This document shows positions 46,784 to 57,726 of a stretch of DNA of 64,000 nt, piece by piece. The stretch is from contig CAWBCJ010000025.1 of the NCBI GenBank assembly GCA_963787255.1, positions 96,001 through 160,000 on the forward strand, written 5' to 3'. The position numbers were made by a program, and so were the translations under genes. The notes under the pieces were generated by a model. It searched no databases. It worked only from the letters and a program-made list of their open reading frames with translations, and was not told where the DNA came from. The first letter of the stretch is position 1, and each line of letters begins with the position of its first letter. The stretch comes from Methanobacteriota archaeon. Its GTDB lineage: Archaea > Methanobacteriota > Methanobacteria > Methanobacteriales > Methanobacteriaceae.

Positions 46784-47689
46784 ATGAATCCAGAGTTAAT
46801 CGCCAAAATAGTACAAATAGCATCCGTTCTTGAAGTAAGCGGCCATCCAAAACCCGGTAACGTCCACCGTACACAGGACTTCGACGACATGATTTTTGAA
46901 GATTTCCTTATAAGCGGGATTGTAATAGGAGATTTAATGAAAAAAGCCGCTGAAAGAGGGAAGAAATATAAAGATGATTATTCGCTTCATAAGATCAGGC
47001 TTGGAGAAATAATAAAGGAAGCAGTCCTTGAAACTGACAGATGGATCGGAAATAACACTAATTTGGGTATAATAATTCTTTTTGCTCCGTTATCAGCTGC
47101 AGCTGGAATGAGTAGCAATGTTCAGGAATTAAGGAAAAATGTAGAAAGAATAATGAAAGCAACCACATCCAAAGACGCCATTAACCTTTATGATGCTATT
47201 AACGCTGCTGCTGCTGGTGGAATGGGTGAACAAGAAGAACTGGACGTTGCAGATGCAGAAGCAAGGGGAAGAATTATAAAAGAAAATATAAGCATGTTCA
47301 AAGTATTTGAAATGTCTGCTAAATGGGATTTATTGTCCAGTGAACTTACAACTGGAATGCCGGCAACATTTGAAACTGGTTATCCAACATTTAAAGAAAC
47401 AAAATCTACTTATGGATTAAACAAAGCAACAGTCCAGACATTTATCACAATTTTAGCACAGAATCCTGACACATTAATTTCTAGGAAATACGGGATGGAT
47501 ACAGCAAGAATAATTTCAGCTGACGCAGATTCCATATTACAGAATGGAGGAATCTTAAACTCTCAAGGAGAGCTTTTAATACGCGAATTTGATAAGCAGC
47601 TTTTACGAAATAAATTCAATCCGGGAACAACAGCAGATATAACGGCGGCCTCAATACTGGTAGCGCTTCTGGAAGAATACGGCCAGTAA
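46784..47689 (+). CDS. citG: CitG-family triphosphoribosyl-dephospho-CoA synthase homolog
   Basis: LEV..PKPGNV, NTNLG, PDTLI.RK.G, NPGTTAD. Confidence 0.88.
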   Translation: MNPELIAKIVQIASVLEVSGHPKPGNVHRTQDFDDMIFEDFLISGIVIGDLMKKAAERGKKYKDDYSLHKIRLGEIIKEAVLETDRWIGNNTNLGIIILFAPLSAAAGMSSNVQELRKNVERIMKATTSKDAINLYDAINAAAAGGMGEQEELDVADAEARGRIIKENISMFKVFEMSAKWDLLSSELTTGMPATFETGYPTFKETKSTYGLNKATVQTFITILAQNPDTLISRKYGMDTARIISADADSILQNGGILNSQGELLIREFDKQLLRNKFNPGTTADITAASILVALLEEYGQ

Positions 47690-47765
47690 TTAAAATTTAA
47701 GTTTAATATAAGTTAAATAAATAAAAAAATAAATTATCTATTATTCACTTTGGAGAGTATAAAAA

Positions 47766-49295
47766 ATGCTTCAAAATATCATCGATGAATTACACATTTA
47801 CGAAAAAAAAGTTTTAAAAGGATTAGAAGCAGCAGGTTACGAAGCAACACCAGAAGAAATTACAAAATCCCAGGAAATGGATATTAAATCCGTAATGAGT
47901 GCTTCCGGCTCTTTAGAATCTAAAGGCATCATCCACGTTCAAAAAGACATTGACGAAATCATCAGCCTAAGTGAAACTGGAAAAGAATACGCAAAAGAAG
48001 GATTACCCGAAAGAAGAACACTAGAAGTATTAAACAAAGAAGAATCCATCCCCATGAAAGATATGGCTTCCAAAGCAGGATTAGACCCTGCAGAAGTTAA
48101 AGTAGCTATCGGATGGCTACGTAAGAAAAAATGGGCCACTATTGATAAAGGAAATGTCAAAATAACCGATGAAGGAAGAAACGCAGCAACAGAAGAATAC
48201 AGCGACGAACTACTATTAGACAAAATTCTTGAAGTAAATAAACTACTATTTTTTAACCCTTCTAAATTATTTAAAGAAGGATTTGACCTTTTAAAGAAAA
48301 GAAAAGGAATATTAGAAGTAAAAAAAGAACCTAAATTTAAATTAATAGTCACTGAAAAAGGAAAAAAACTCTTAGATATGGGAATAGAAATCCGTGAAGA
48401 AGCCACTCAACTAACTCACGAACATCTAAAAACAGGATCATGGAAAGAATTAAAATTTAGAGGCTATGACGTCCGCGCAGAACATCCAGAAACATTCCCT
48501 GGAAAAATGCACCCATTACAAAGAACAATTAAAGACATAAGACAAATATTCCTCTTAATGGGCTTTACAGAAAGCAGAGGCTCAATCCTTGAATCCGCTT
48601 TCTGGAATTTCGACTGCCTCTTCCAACCTCAAGATCACGCAGCACGTGAAATGCAAGACACATTTTACATAAAAGAACCAAAAGAAGTTAACCTACCATC
48701 ATCACAACTTATAGATAAGGTTTCAGAAGCTCACGAAAACGGTGGATTAACCGGTTCTGAAGGATGGGGCTATTCATGGGATATTGATGTTGCCAAACAA
48801 TCAGTACTTAGAACTCACACAACATGCGTTTCTGCAAGATACCTTGCAGAAAATAAACCACCACTAAAAATGTTTTCTGTAGGAAGAGTATTCAGACGAG
48901 AAACAATAACCTACAAACACCTTCCCGAATTCCACCAAGTAGAAGGAATCATCGCAGCAGAAGACATCACATTCAAAAACCTTCTCGGCATCTTAAAAGA
49001 ATTCTACCATAAACTAGGATTTGAAGTGAGATTCAGACCCGCATATTTCCCTTACACATATTTATCAGTAGAATGTGAAATCTATCTCCCTGATAAAGAA
49101 ACATGGATCGAACTCGGGGGTGCAGGAATGTTTAGACCTGAAGTTTTAGAACCTCTCGGAGTTAAAACACCAGTAGCAGCATTTGGTCTTGGAATTGAAA
49201 GATTAGCCATGATGAGATTAGATATTAAAGATATCAGAAAGCTTTACAAGAGCGATATTGGCTGGCTAAGACATTTACCAGTTAAATTGGATTAA
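47766..49295 (+). CDS. pheS: Phenylalanyl-tRNA synthetase alpha subunit
   Basis: [44 protein letters not shown]. Confidence 0.96.
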   Translation: MLQNIIDELHIYEKKVLKGLEAAGYEATPEEITKSQEMDIKSVMSASGSLESKGIIHVQKDIDEIISLSETGKEYAKEGLPERRTLEVLNKEESIPMKDMASKAGLDPAEVKVAIGWLRKKKWATIDKGNVKITDEGRNAATEEYSDELLLDKILEVNKLLFFNPSKLFKEGFDLLKKRKGILEVKKEPKFKLIVTEKGKKLLDMGIEIREEATQLTHEHLKTGSWKELKFRGYDVRAEHPETFPGKMHPLQRTIKDIRQIFLLMGFTESRGSILESAFWNFDCLFQPQDHAAREMQDTFYIKEPKEVNLPSSQLIDKVSEAHENGGLTGSEGWGYSWDIDVAKQSVLRTHTTCVSARYLAENKPPLKMFSVGRVFRRETITYKHLPEFHQVEGIIAAEDITFKNLLGILKEFYHKLGFEVRFRPAYFPYTYLSVECEIYLPDKETWIELGGAGMFRPEVLEPLGVKTPVAAFGLGIERLAMMRLDIKDIRKLYKSDIGWLRHLPVKLD

Positions 49296-49442
49296 ATGGT
49301 TAATTTAATCCTACTTTTTTTTAATAAAAACTATTTTGACTCTTCTTTTTTGAAAATGGAGAAATTATTTTTAGGTTGATACTTAATTAAGCATCTATTT
49401 CTCATTCACCATAAAAAAATGGAAAAAAAATTAATATGTATT

Positions 49443-49622
49443 CTATTCTTTTAAGGTCCAGTAGCACCTCTTAGGAGAATAAATAGTTTCATCTTTTTTA
49501 AGTTCTTTCATGATTTTATCAACTTCTTTTTTATCTACGCCAGAGATTTGACTGATTTTAGTGGCATTTAATGGTTCTTCAGAGTCTTTGAAAGCTTTAA
49601 TTACTTTTTCTGTATCATTCAT
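49443..49622 (-). CDS. 59-aa winged-helix protein missed by the ORF track
   Basis: GGTGA RBS; MNDTEKVIKAFKDSEEPLNATKISQISGVDKKEVDKIMKELKKDETIYSPKRCYWTLKE. Confidence 0.8.
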   Translation of the reverse strand: MNDTEKVIKAFKDSEEPLNATKISQISGVDKKEVDKIMKELKKDETIYSPKRCYWTLKE

Positions 49623-49888
49623 GATATCACCATACTTGAATTACATTTAAATCCATATAATTTGTTATGGTAACAGTTCAAAACTAGTATCACTAAGAAT
49701 CGCAAAAAAAATAGTAGTCCATTTAAATCGTTATTAGTTCTATTATTACAAAAAAAATAACCAACTGAAAAATTAACCCTTTTACCCTCAGTATAAAATC
49801 CAATTATAATGACTAAGATACCTATAGTTATAAAATATATGTCAACGGGAGAATTAGGCCCTAAATAACTTGCTAAAAATAGCAACAT
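49619..49888 (-). CDS. Possible small membrane protein; boundaries uncertain, may be frameshifted
   Basis: Hydrophobic segments; GGGTGA RBS and GTG near 49932 lie in another frame. Confidence 0.35.
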   Translation of the reverse strand: MLLFLASYLGPNSPVDIYFITIGILVIIIGFYTEGKRVNFSVGYFFCNNRTNNDLNGLLFFLRFLVILVLNCYHNKLYGFKCNSSMVIS

Positions 49889-50165
49889 TGTTCCAATTCC
49901 AATTAATATTGTAGGGTTTTGTTTTGGTTCACTTATTCACCCGTTTTAATTAAAATTAGATTGATTAAAGTAATATAAAAACTTAATTTAAAAATAATTA
50001 AGCATTCTAAAGTTAACTTTATTTGGGTATAATCTATTTTTAAGCGATAATTTTTCTATTTTGTTAGTTTTAAATATTGTATTAATATTATTATTAATTG
50101 TAATAAATTTTATATTGGTTAATGATCTTAAATGAAACTGTAAAAAAAAATGAGGTGATTAAAAA

Positions 50166-50375
50166 ATGGTTCAAGGAGGCTTACCACCCGCACAAATAGG
50201 ACCTTTCATAAAGGATATTACTTTTCCAGTAAATAAAAAAGAAGTCATTCAACATGCACAAAATAGTAACGCTGATCAAGAAGTAATAGACACATTAAAG
50301 AATTTACCAAACCAGAAATTTAATTCATCACAAGAATTAAAGAAAATTTTAGGCAACATTCAAAGACAATTCTAG
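50166..50375 (+). CDS. DUF2795 family protein
   Basis: I.FP..K.E.I.HA....A...VID.L..LP...F.S; GAGGTGA RBS. Confidence 0.8.
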   Translation: MVQGGLPPAQIGPFIKDITFPVNKKEVIQHAQNSNADQEVIDTLKNLPNQKFNSSQELKKILGNIQRQF

Positions 50376-50684
50376 AAAAAAAACATTTATTTTTAATAAA
50401 TTTGTAATTATACAATCCCAGATATAGACAATTTACCTGAAAATAACTTAAACTCTCTTTTAATATGTTCAAAAAGCATTTAAGAAGAAAAAAGAGGAGA
50501 ATAATAGGGAAGAAATATATAGAAAAATTTTATATACTCAAGTATCTTTTTTTTCTATTTAAAATTATTTAATTGGGATAAATGATGAATAATGTTTTAG
50601 AGATCATTAAAACAGAAAAGTATTATTAAATACCTTAAAAATCAAATTAAACATTATTTAATATCATTATTTAAAGGTGAAACT

Positions 50685-51257
50685 ATGAAAAAATCTATTG
50701 GTGCAAAAACTATCGTGTATCCTACTCCAGTATTCATAATTGGAACCTACGATAAAGAAGGAAAACCAAATGCTATGAATGCGGCATGGGGAGGAATATC
50801 TTGCTCTTCTCCACCGTGTGTTTCAATTTCTATAAGAGAAGCCACATATACACATGGCAACATTAAAGAAAAGGAAGCATTTACAGTCAATATTCCATCT
50901 GAAGAATTTATTATAGAAGCTGATTACTTTGGAATCAGTTCAGGGAGAAATGAAGATAAATTTGCTACTACAGGGTTGACTCCAGTTAAAAGTGAATTTG
51001 TAAATGCACCATATATTGAAGAATTTCCTCTAATTTTAGAGTGCAAACTGGTAAATATAACCGAATTAGGGCTTCATACTCACTTTACAGGTGAAATATT
51101 AGATGTAAAGGTTGATGATGAGGTAATGGACAATAATGACAATCCAAACATTGAAAAAATTAAACCATTTTTATATGACCCTGCATTTAGATCATACTAT
51201 GGCATTGGAAAGAACCTTGGAAAAGCATTTTCTATTGGAAGAGAAGTGATGAAATGA
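50685..51257 (+). CDS. Flavin reductase-like (flavoredoxin) protein
   Basis: YPTPV.IIG, NAM.AAW, FTVNIP, AP.I.E.P..LECK, HT.F.GEI. Confidence 0.88.
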   Translation: MKKSIGAKTIVYPTPVFIIGTYDKEGKPNAMNAAWGGISCSSPPCVSISIREATYTHGNIKEKEAFTVNIPSEEFIIEADYFGISSGRNEDKFATTGLTPVKSEFVNAPYIEEFPLILECKLVNITELGLHTHFTGEILDVKVDDEVMDNNDNPNIEKIKPFLYDPAFRSYYGIGKNLGKAFSIGREVMK

Positions 51258-51305
51258 ATTAAGTTTTAGAAAACTATTAAATCTTAATTAAACATCCTAA
51301 ACTTA

Positions 51306-51569
51306 TCAATTTCGGTAGCGATATATCACAATCAATGTCGCAACACCTAAAAAGACACCTACAGCGTTGGGAGTAGTAATATAAATGTTATTTATGCCTA
51401 GGCCGTATAAGACCCAGAAAAAGCAGTTAAATATCATCATGAAATAGATTAATGGAGATACTGTGTGGGATGTTTTATCTTTTATTATGTCTCTGATTTG
51501 GTCGATGGGGCTTATGAACATTAGTATTGCGAAGATGCTTGCTATTAGTCCTATGATTTCGATTGACAT
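51306..51569 (-). CDS. SemiSWEET/SWEET (MtN3/PQ-loop) family transporter
   Basis: 3 TM; MF.SP..Q...I, VSP, NC..WVLYG, PN.VG. Confidence 0.8.
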   Translation of the reverse strand: MSIEIIGLIASIFAILMFISPIDQIRDIIKDKTSHTVSPLIYFMMIFNCFFWVLYGLGINNIYITTPNAVGVFLGVATLIVIYRYRN

Positions 51570-51655
51570 TTAAAAGGTTCCTTATAGTTGGTTTTTTTAT
51601 CAACAAGTTTTTGATCATTGAAGATGCAGTTTTTTAAAAATAAAATTAATTTATT

Positions 51656-53200
51656 TTATTTAAGAATTGTTTTTTTCAGTTCTTTTCCTGATTCTGCAAT
51701 TAAATCAATTCTTTCTACAGGAATACCTTTATTATGTAAATGTGTTGCAAGATGTACAGGTGTAATTGTTTCTTCTACATCTATAAGAATGGAATTTTGT
51801 TCATAGGAGATTCCACAGATTCCATATTCACTTAAAGCAATGTAAGTGGCTTCTACATCATCAGTTTTCACCCTGTAAGTACGCAGTTTCTTCGACACTT
51901 GAGAAACATCAATTTTCAACCTTTGAAGTACTATAAGAATATGTTTTCCTAGTGCTAGTTCTAGGATTTCGGGGTCTATGATGTCTTTTTTTTGTATTAT
52001 ACGTACTGCTTGGCAGATTTGGGCTAGATCTCTTGCGTGTGCAAAACTGGGTTCTAGACCTTCTCCTTCATCGTATGTGGATGTGTATACTTTTTTGAAT
52101 CGGTCTATGGTTTCATCACTATATTTTTCTTCTAGTTCGTCCATGTTTCTTTTGAAGACTTCGGCTAGTTCGTCTAGTGGTGGGTCTTTAAGGAATATGT
52201 GTAGTGGTGCTCTTCTTAGGTGTGCTTCGTCCATTATGCTTATGTCTAGATTAGTGGAAAAAGCAGGTATGAAATGGCTGTGAACAACTACTGGAATACC
52301 TCTTACGTAAATAACATCTTTATTGTTCTCCATTGGTACAATAAGTCTGTTTAAAACTAATTCATGGTCATCTCTTTGTCTTCCAAGGTCGTCAACTAAG
52401 AGAACTCCTCCATTTGCCTTTATTATAGGTGAAGTCTCATATATTCCTTTGTTGGGATTGTAGTTGGTTTCTAACTTATTTAAACTAAGTTCTGAACCTG
52501 TAAGTACAAAAGGGGCGTAAATTTTAACCCAGCGAGGGTCTTCCGGCTGATTATCACATCTTTTATGAAAATCAGGATCATAGAGCTGGATTACCGCTCC
52601 ACCAAACTCAATAAATTTTGGAATAACCAGAGGGGGTAGAAGGTCTGACATTTTACTTACAATAAAAGTTTTACCAGTTCCAGGAGGTCCATAAACAAAA
52701 ATACCTTTTCCAATGGTACATGACTCTATTAAAACTTCTTTAGCATAATTAACTCCAACAACTTCATTGAAAGCATATTCAATAATGTCTTCAGGTATTT
52801 TAAGGGGATATCTGCCCTTCAGCTGTGCTTTCATGAGTTTGTAGTAATCATCATATGAAACTGGTGCCATTCCAATATATGGATTTTCTTCCAGGATTCT
52901 TCTGGCTTTTTCATGTCCTTTTTTTGTTACAGTGTATTCAACACTGGAAAAAAGGAATCCTCCGCCCGTAGTTGCACAAAAACCTTCTTCTTCTAACTTT
53001 CTAAGGGCTTCTTCTAAAACATCCCAGTGAATACCGGTCATTTCATTTATTAAACTAGTTTTTATGGTTCCATAGCTTGATATAATCTTTAAAATCAAAT
53101 TTTTAACAAAAGTACTTGAGAGTTTTAATTCTTCAAGATTTCGGGGTTGTTTAATGATTTCAAAAATCTTTTCCATTTTTGTATCATGGTAATAATTCAT
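51656..53200 (-). CDS. AAA+ ATPase with N-terminal wHTH-like and small C-terminal alpha/beta domain
   Basis: YGPPGTGKT, KANGGVLLVDDLGRQ, FSTNL, DEAHLRR. Confidence 0.8.
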   Translation of the reverse strand: MNYYHDTKMEKIFEIIKQPRNLEELKLSSTFVKNLILKIISSYGTIKTSLINEMTGIHWDVLEEALRKLEEEGFCATTGGGFLFSSVEYTVTKKGHEKARRILEENPYIGMAPVSYDDYYKLMKAQLKGRYPLKIPEDIIEYAFNEVVGVNYAKEVLIESCTIGKGIFVYGPPGTGKTFIVSKMSDLLPPLVIPKFIEFGGAVIQLYDPDFHKRCDNQPEDPRWVKIYAPFVLTGSELSLNKLETNYNPNKGIYETSPIIKANGGVLLVDDLGRQRDDHELVLNRLIVPMENNKDVIYVRGIPVVVHSHFIPAFSTNLDISIMDEAHLRRAPLHIFLKDPPLDELAEVFKRNMDELEEKYSDETIDRFKKVYTSTYDEGEGLEPSFAHARDLAQICQAVRIIQKKDIIDPEILELALGKHILIVLQRLKIDVSQVSKKLRTYRVKTDDVEATYIALSEYGICGISYEQNSILIDVEETITPVHLATHLHNKGIPVERIDLIAESGKELKKTILK

Positions 53201-53319
53201 AGGATCACCTGGATCACTTGAAAATCAACTGAAATTCTTTAATGGGATATTAATATACTATTTCATAAGTTTTAAGATATATAAATATTTATTAGCAAAT
53301 TTTCCTCTTTTTTTTATGA

Positions 53320-54001
53320 TTATAGTATATTTTTAAGTTCACCAATATGATTTATCACTTTAATTTCAATACCTTTTTTTTCAAGATATTCTTCATCTGA
53401 CTTACTTAATTTGGAGTTAACAAGAATTGCTGACATTCCAGAGTTCAAAGCTCCTAATATATCTTCATTGAATTTATTACCTATCATAATTGATTTTTGA
53501 GCATTGCATTCCATTTTTTCCATTGCCAGCTCGAAGATGCGTGTATCTGGCTTTTGAACTCCTGCTTCTTCAGAGGTGATTATATGGTCGAAGAAATGAT
53601 GCAGAATCCAGTCTGATTAATTTTTCCCATTGTTTAATTGTTATTCCATTTGAAATAACCCCTAGATGGTATCCTTGCTCTTTAAGATAAATAAGGGTTT
53701 TTGTTGTCTGTGGAAATAACCTTAAAAGTGCGAATTTAACGTTATGATAAGTAATCATTCCAAGAGCTATTAAAAGAGGCTTTTCCTCTCCAAAAACTCT
53801 TTTTGTTAAAATATTGAAGTGTTTATCATAATTGGATCCATGTTCATCAATTATTTCCCTTAAAAGAAGGTAAGCTTCGTCGGATTCTAGGGGTAAGCCT
53901 GCATCAATCATTACATTTAATGCTGCCTTCCTTGCAAGCTTTGCAAAACCAGAGGTATCGTAAAGCGTATCATCAATATCAAAAAAAACTGCTTTTATCA
54001 T
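53320..54001 (-). CDS. HAD-superfamily hydrolase (TIGR02253-like), frameshifted near 53605
   Basis: FFDIDDTLYD, ISNG..KQWEKL; the other frame continues FFDHIITSEEAGVQKPD into ORF 53320..53523. Confidence 0.85.
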
Positions 54002-54156
54002 TATCACACCTGAAATATTGTAAAGATCAATCTTATTCTTGTAATTAGAATAATATAAACTTACTGAAATAAATATTTGAGTGATTAATCTGTAGATATA
54101 TTTCTAAAGATTATAATACCTTTAAAATAGTAAAATAAGCTATTATAAAAATTTAT

Positions 54157-54801
54157 TTAGAAAAATGCGTCAAGGCTGCTCTGTTTTTCTTTATGAAGAA
54201 TATCCTGTTCAGAGTATCCAAGAGATTCTATGATTCTTCCAACAGCAGGGAGCACCTGATTTTCAATGTAATATTTGGGATCGTAGTTAGATATTTTTGC
54301 ATCTTCTATCGGCTCAGCACGCTTGCTTATGGGTTCTCTCCCTTTAACAACAACATATCTGATGATAGAACCCCTTTTAACATCTCTTCCCCTTTCTATG
54401 GATTTTTTTGCAGCAAGAACGTGGGGTGCCATTTGAGTATATTCATGGGGATTTTTAGTAAGCTGGGTGTGAATTACAAGGTCTTCCAACTTAACATTAC
54501 CCTTTCTGATGTCTTCAATAACTTCTTCAACGATTTTAGCTGCTTTTTCAGGTGAAGCCTCTTTTAAAATTGCGTTAAGAACTTTTCGCTGGGTATTTTT
54601 TGTTATGGGGGCCCAGTCTCTTCTTACAAGTTCTAAACCCTTAACAACAATGGTATCATCTTCAATAAGAGCGTATCTTTTCTTAGTTACAAAAAAACCC
54701 CTTTTGAAGAAACCTTCATATTCAAGCTCCATTCCGTCTGGTAATTCTTTATTCACGGCTTTAAGGAACTTTTTAGCGCTTTCTTTGATTTCCTCATTCA
54801 A
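54157..54801 (-). CDS. polB2: Split family-B DNA polymerase, small C-terminal subunit
   Basis: ELEYE, TKKRYA, KGLE.VRRDW, YYIENQ.LP, PIP box QSSLDAFF; no DTD motif or exonuclease domain. Confidence 0.9.
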   Translation of the reverse strand: MNEEIKESAKKFLKAVNKELPDGMELEYEGFFKRGFFVTKKRYALIEDDTIVVKGLELVRRDWAPITKNTQRKVLNAILKEASPEKAAKIVEEVIEDIRKGNVKLEDLVIHTQLTKNPHEYTQMAPHVLAAKKSIERGRDVKRGSIIRYVVVKGREPISKRAEPIEDAKISNYDPKYYIENQVLPAVGRIIESLGYSEQDILHKEKQSSLDAFF

Positions 54802-54853
54802 CAGGATACACCGCTTGGAATGTATTAAAAAAAATAGAGGGTATTAATATGAT

Positions 54854-55234
54854 TTATTCAACTAATACGCCGTTTATCATACCGTGTTGACCGGGTCTGG
54901 AAGTTACTTTAACTTTTCCAGCGCTTGTTTCTACTACGGCACCTTTTGTAATTATGTTCCTACGTACAAAGTGAGTGTTAGCACTGTTTTCAACAACACT
55001 TACAATCTCTGCAACTTCAACCTTATGGGTTTTAGGGTTAACCACGTTAATTTTATTTTCATTGGTAAGTCTTATTTTATCATTACCGCCTTTTGTACGG
55101 ATCTTTTTGACTTTTCTGTCTCCAATTTTAGTTTCTGCGGCCCCTTTACCAAGCTCGGATTTTCTTTTATTTTTGTTGAGCTTAGCACGTCCTCCGCTAG
55201 GTTTTCTTAATGATTCTCCTTGCCAAATTGCCAT
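54854..55234 (-). CDS. rps8e: 30S ribosomal protein S8e
   Basis: WQG.S.RKPSGG, KRK.ELG, RRNIITKGA, VTSRPGQ.G. Confidence 0.96.
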   Translation of the reverse strand: MAIWQGESLRKPSGGRAKLNKNKRKSELGKGAAETKIGDRKVKKIRTKGGNDKIRLTNENKINVVNPKTHKVEVAEIVSVVENSANTHFVRRNIITKGAVVETSAGKVKVTSRPGQHGMINGVLVE

Positions 55235-55653
55235 TCTTTCACCTCTAATTAATTTAAATTATTGATTTTTTAATTATGAGAATTTATACTTAAATTAGGA
55301 TTATATTTGGGTTTTCAAATTTAAGGTAATCTATATTCTCAAAAAAGCACTATTATAGAATAGTTGTATATTTATATTAATTCTAACGCTTTATTTATAG
55401 CTATCCTCTAAATTATACTACTTTAAAAAATATCTCTGTGAATATTTAAAAGTTAATTCACTTAAAAATATTCTTAACTAGTTAATATATAACAATCCAT
55501 ATATATTTTATTATGCTTATTCTAGTATAATAATGAATTTAAATTTTAAAGAATTGAAATGTTTAATTTATCCAAACCGGATTTTATAATAAACTCTACC
55601 TTAAATTAATCTAAAAATAAAAGATATAAAACACAAAAACAATGGGTGAACTT

Positions 55654-56664
55654 ATGAAAATCAGCATGGCACACGGCGCTGGCGGCGAAATGATGCAGAG
55701 TCTAATATCAGATATTATACTCAATAATATTAAAAATAAAAATGTGAATGGTGGAATTGGACTTGGAGAACTGGATGATGGAGCTACAATTCCCTTTGGC
55801 GATTATGAAATTGTAATTAGTACAGACAGCCACACAATTGACCCTATATTCTTCCCTGGAGGAGACATAGGAAAATTATCAATTACTGGAACTGTTAATG
55901 ATGTGGCAGTAATGGGTGCAAAACCTCTTGCTATTGCAAATGCAATGGTCATAAGTGAAGGATTTACAAGCGATGAATTTGAAAGATTAATAAAATCTAT
56001 GGACGAAGCATGCACCGAATCTGGTGTGGCTCTTGTAACTGGAGATACCAAGGTTATGGAAAGAGATAAACTTGATAAAATTATTATTTCCACAACAGGA
56101 ATTGGAATAGCTAAAAAAGGCCAAATTACAAGCGATGCAGCTCTTGAAGTAGGTAATAAAATTATTTTATCTGGTAGCGTTGGAGATCACGGGATTGCTT
56201 TAATGTCATATCGTGAAGGATTTGGATTTGAAACTGATTTACAGTCAGACGTTGCACCTGTAGTTGAAATGACTGAAAAAGCTCTAAAAATAGGTGGAGT
56301 AAAATCAATGAAGGATCCAACAAGAGGCGGGATTGCAAATGCTTTAAACGAGCTTGCATCAAAATCAGGTGTTGGAATGATGATTTATGAGGATAAGATT
56401 CCGGTTAAAGCGCAGGTTCATGCAGCATCTGAAATGCTTGGAATTGACCCATTTGAAGTTGCAAACGAAGGAAAAGTTGTAATGGGTGTTGAAGCGGAGA
56501 AAGCAGATGAAATATTAGAAGCATTAAGAAAAACTAAGTATGGTAAGGAAGCTCAAATAATTGGGGAAGTCACAGAAGATAAACATGTGATTATGGAAAC
56601 TTTATTGGGTGGAAAAAGAATTTTAGAAGCTCCAATAGCTGATCCTGTACCACGGGTTTGTTAA
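55654..56664 (+). CDS. hypE: Hydrogenase maturation protein
   Basis: HGAGG, TDSH.IDP.FFPGGDIG, GDTKV, DPTRGG, C-terminal PRVC. Confidence 0.95.
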   Translation: MKISMAHGAGGEMMQSLISDIILNNIKNKNVNGGIGLGELDDGATIPFGDYEIVISTDSHTIDPIFFPGGDIGKLSITGTVNDVAVMGAKPLAIANAMVISEGFTSDEFERLIKSMDEACTESGVALVTGDTKVMERDKLDKIIISTTGIGIAKKGQITSDAALEVGNKIILSGSVGDHGIALMSYREGFGFETDLQSDVAPVVEMTEKALKIGGVKSMKDPTRGGIANALNELASKSGVGMMIYEDKIPVKAQVHAASEMLGIDPFEVANEGKVVMGVEAEKADEILEALRKTKYGKEAQIIGEVTEDKHVIMETLLGGKRILEAPIADPVPRVC

Positions 56665-56685
56665 AAAAAGGTTGAAGGGGTAAAA

Positions 56686-57084
56686 ATGGAGAGTTTGTGG
56701 GGAAAGAGGTTTTTAGCATTATTTATTGATGTTATAGTTGTGATGCTCATTGTATGGATTTTAAGCGCGCTTATTTATCCTTTAATTGCATCAACTGACA
56801 TATATGGTATTTTAAATTACTGGCTTATTTTATCTGCATTAATAATTATAGGGTATTTCACATATCTTGAAGGTAAATTTGGCTTAACTTTGGGAAAGTA
56901 CATAATTAAAATAAAAGTCGTAGCTGATGAAGGTAATATGAATTATGGAAAAGCTTTTAAGAGAAACTTATCCAAAATTTTATGGTTCCCATTAATCATT
57001 GATGTTTTAGCTGGATATGTAAGTGGAAATTCAAAAATTAGATATCTTGATAAGTTCGCTGGAACTAACGTAGTTCCATTGTAG
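56686..57084 (+). CDS. RDD family membrane protein
   Basis: KRF.A.FID, TLGK....IKVV, R..DK.AGT.V. Confidence 0.88.
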   Translation: MESLWGKRFLALFIDVIVVMLIVWILSALIYPLIASTDIYGILNYWLILSALIIIGYFTYLEGKFGLTLGKYIIKIKVVADEGNMNYGKAFKRNLSKILWFPLIIDVLAGYVSGNSKIRYLDKFAGTNVVPL

Positions 57085-57348
57085 ATTTTAAATGAGTTTG
57101 ATGGGTTCAACTTGAACATGAGTTTTATTTTTTTAATTTTTTTTTATATATTCTTTATTTTTCAAGTTTTTTTTTTAAAGGTTTTTTTTCGCTTATTTTT
57201 AGTATTTTATGGTTAAATTTGGTTATATGTTGGAAGATGTTTGTTATTTGGCTTTTTTTCTTTTAATTAAAAATAGTAATATATATAATATAGTATTAAT
57301 ATATTAATTATAGGTATTACTATATTAACTTAAAAAAGAGAGATCTAA

Positions 57349-57492
57349 ATGACAAAATGTCCAACATGTGAAGATACAGAAAAAATAAAGCACATATCAA
57401 AATTTCTAACCGGTTATAGTGTAGAAATTCAATGCATCTGCGGAAGTTGCGGAAATGTATTTAGAGAAATATTAGATGATGAAGCCTGGTAA
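57349..57492 (+). CDS. 47-aa one-domain zinc-finger microprotein missed by the ORF track
   Basis: MTKCPTCEDTEKIKHISKFLTGYSVEIQCICGSCGNVFREILDDEAW; purine-rich RBS before, T-tract after. Confidence 0.7.
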   Translation: MTKCPTCEDTEKIKHISKFLTGYSVEIQCICGSCGNVFREILDDEAW

Positions 57493-57726
57493 CTCAAAAA
57501 ATTTTTTTTTATTAAAAAAAGTCTAATATTATTTAAAATAATTAATTTGCATGCTAATTTTAATCCTTATTTTAACCTATAATAAAACTCTCTTTAGAAA
57601 ACAGAGTTAATAATTAGTTCAAGGCTAATAATTCAAATAAATCTATATTAATAGAAATAATAGTAAAAATAGAATATAATAGAATAATAGTTTCGAATAA
57701 TAAATCCACTTAAGTTGTGAATAATT

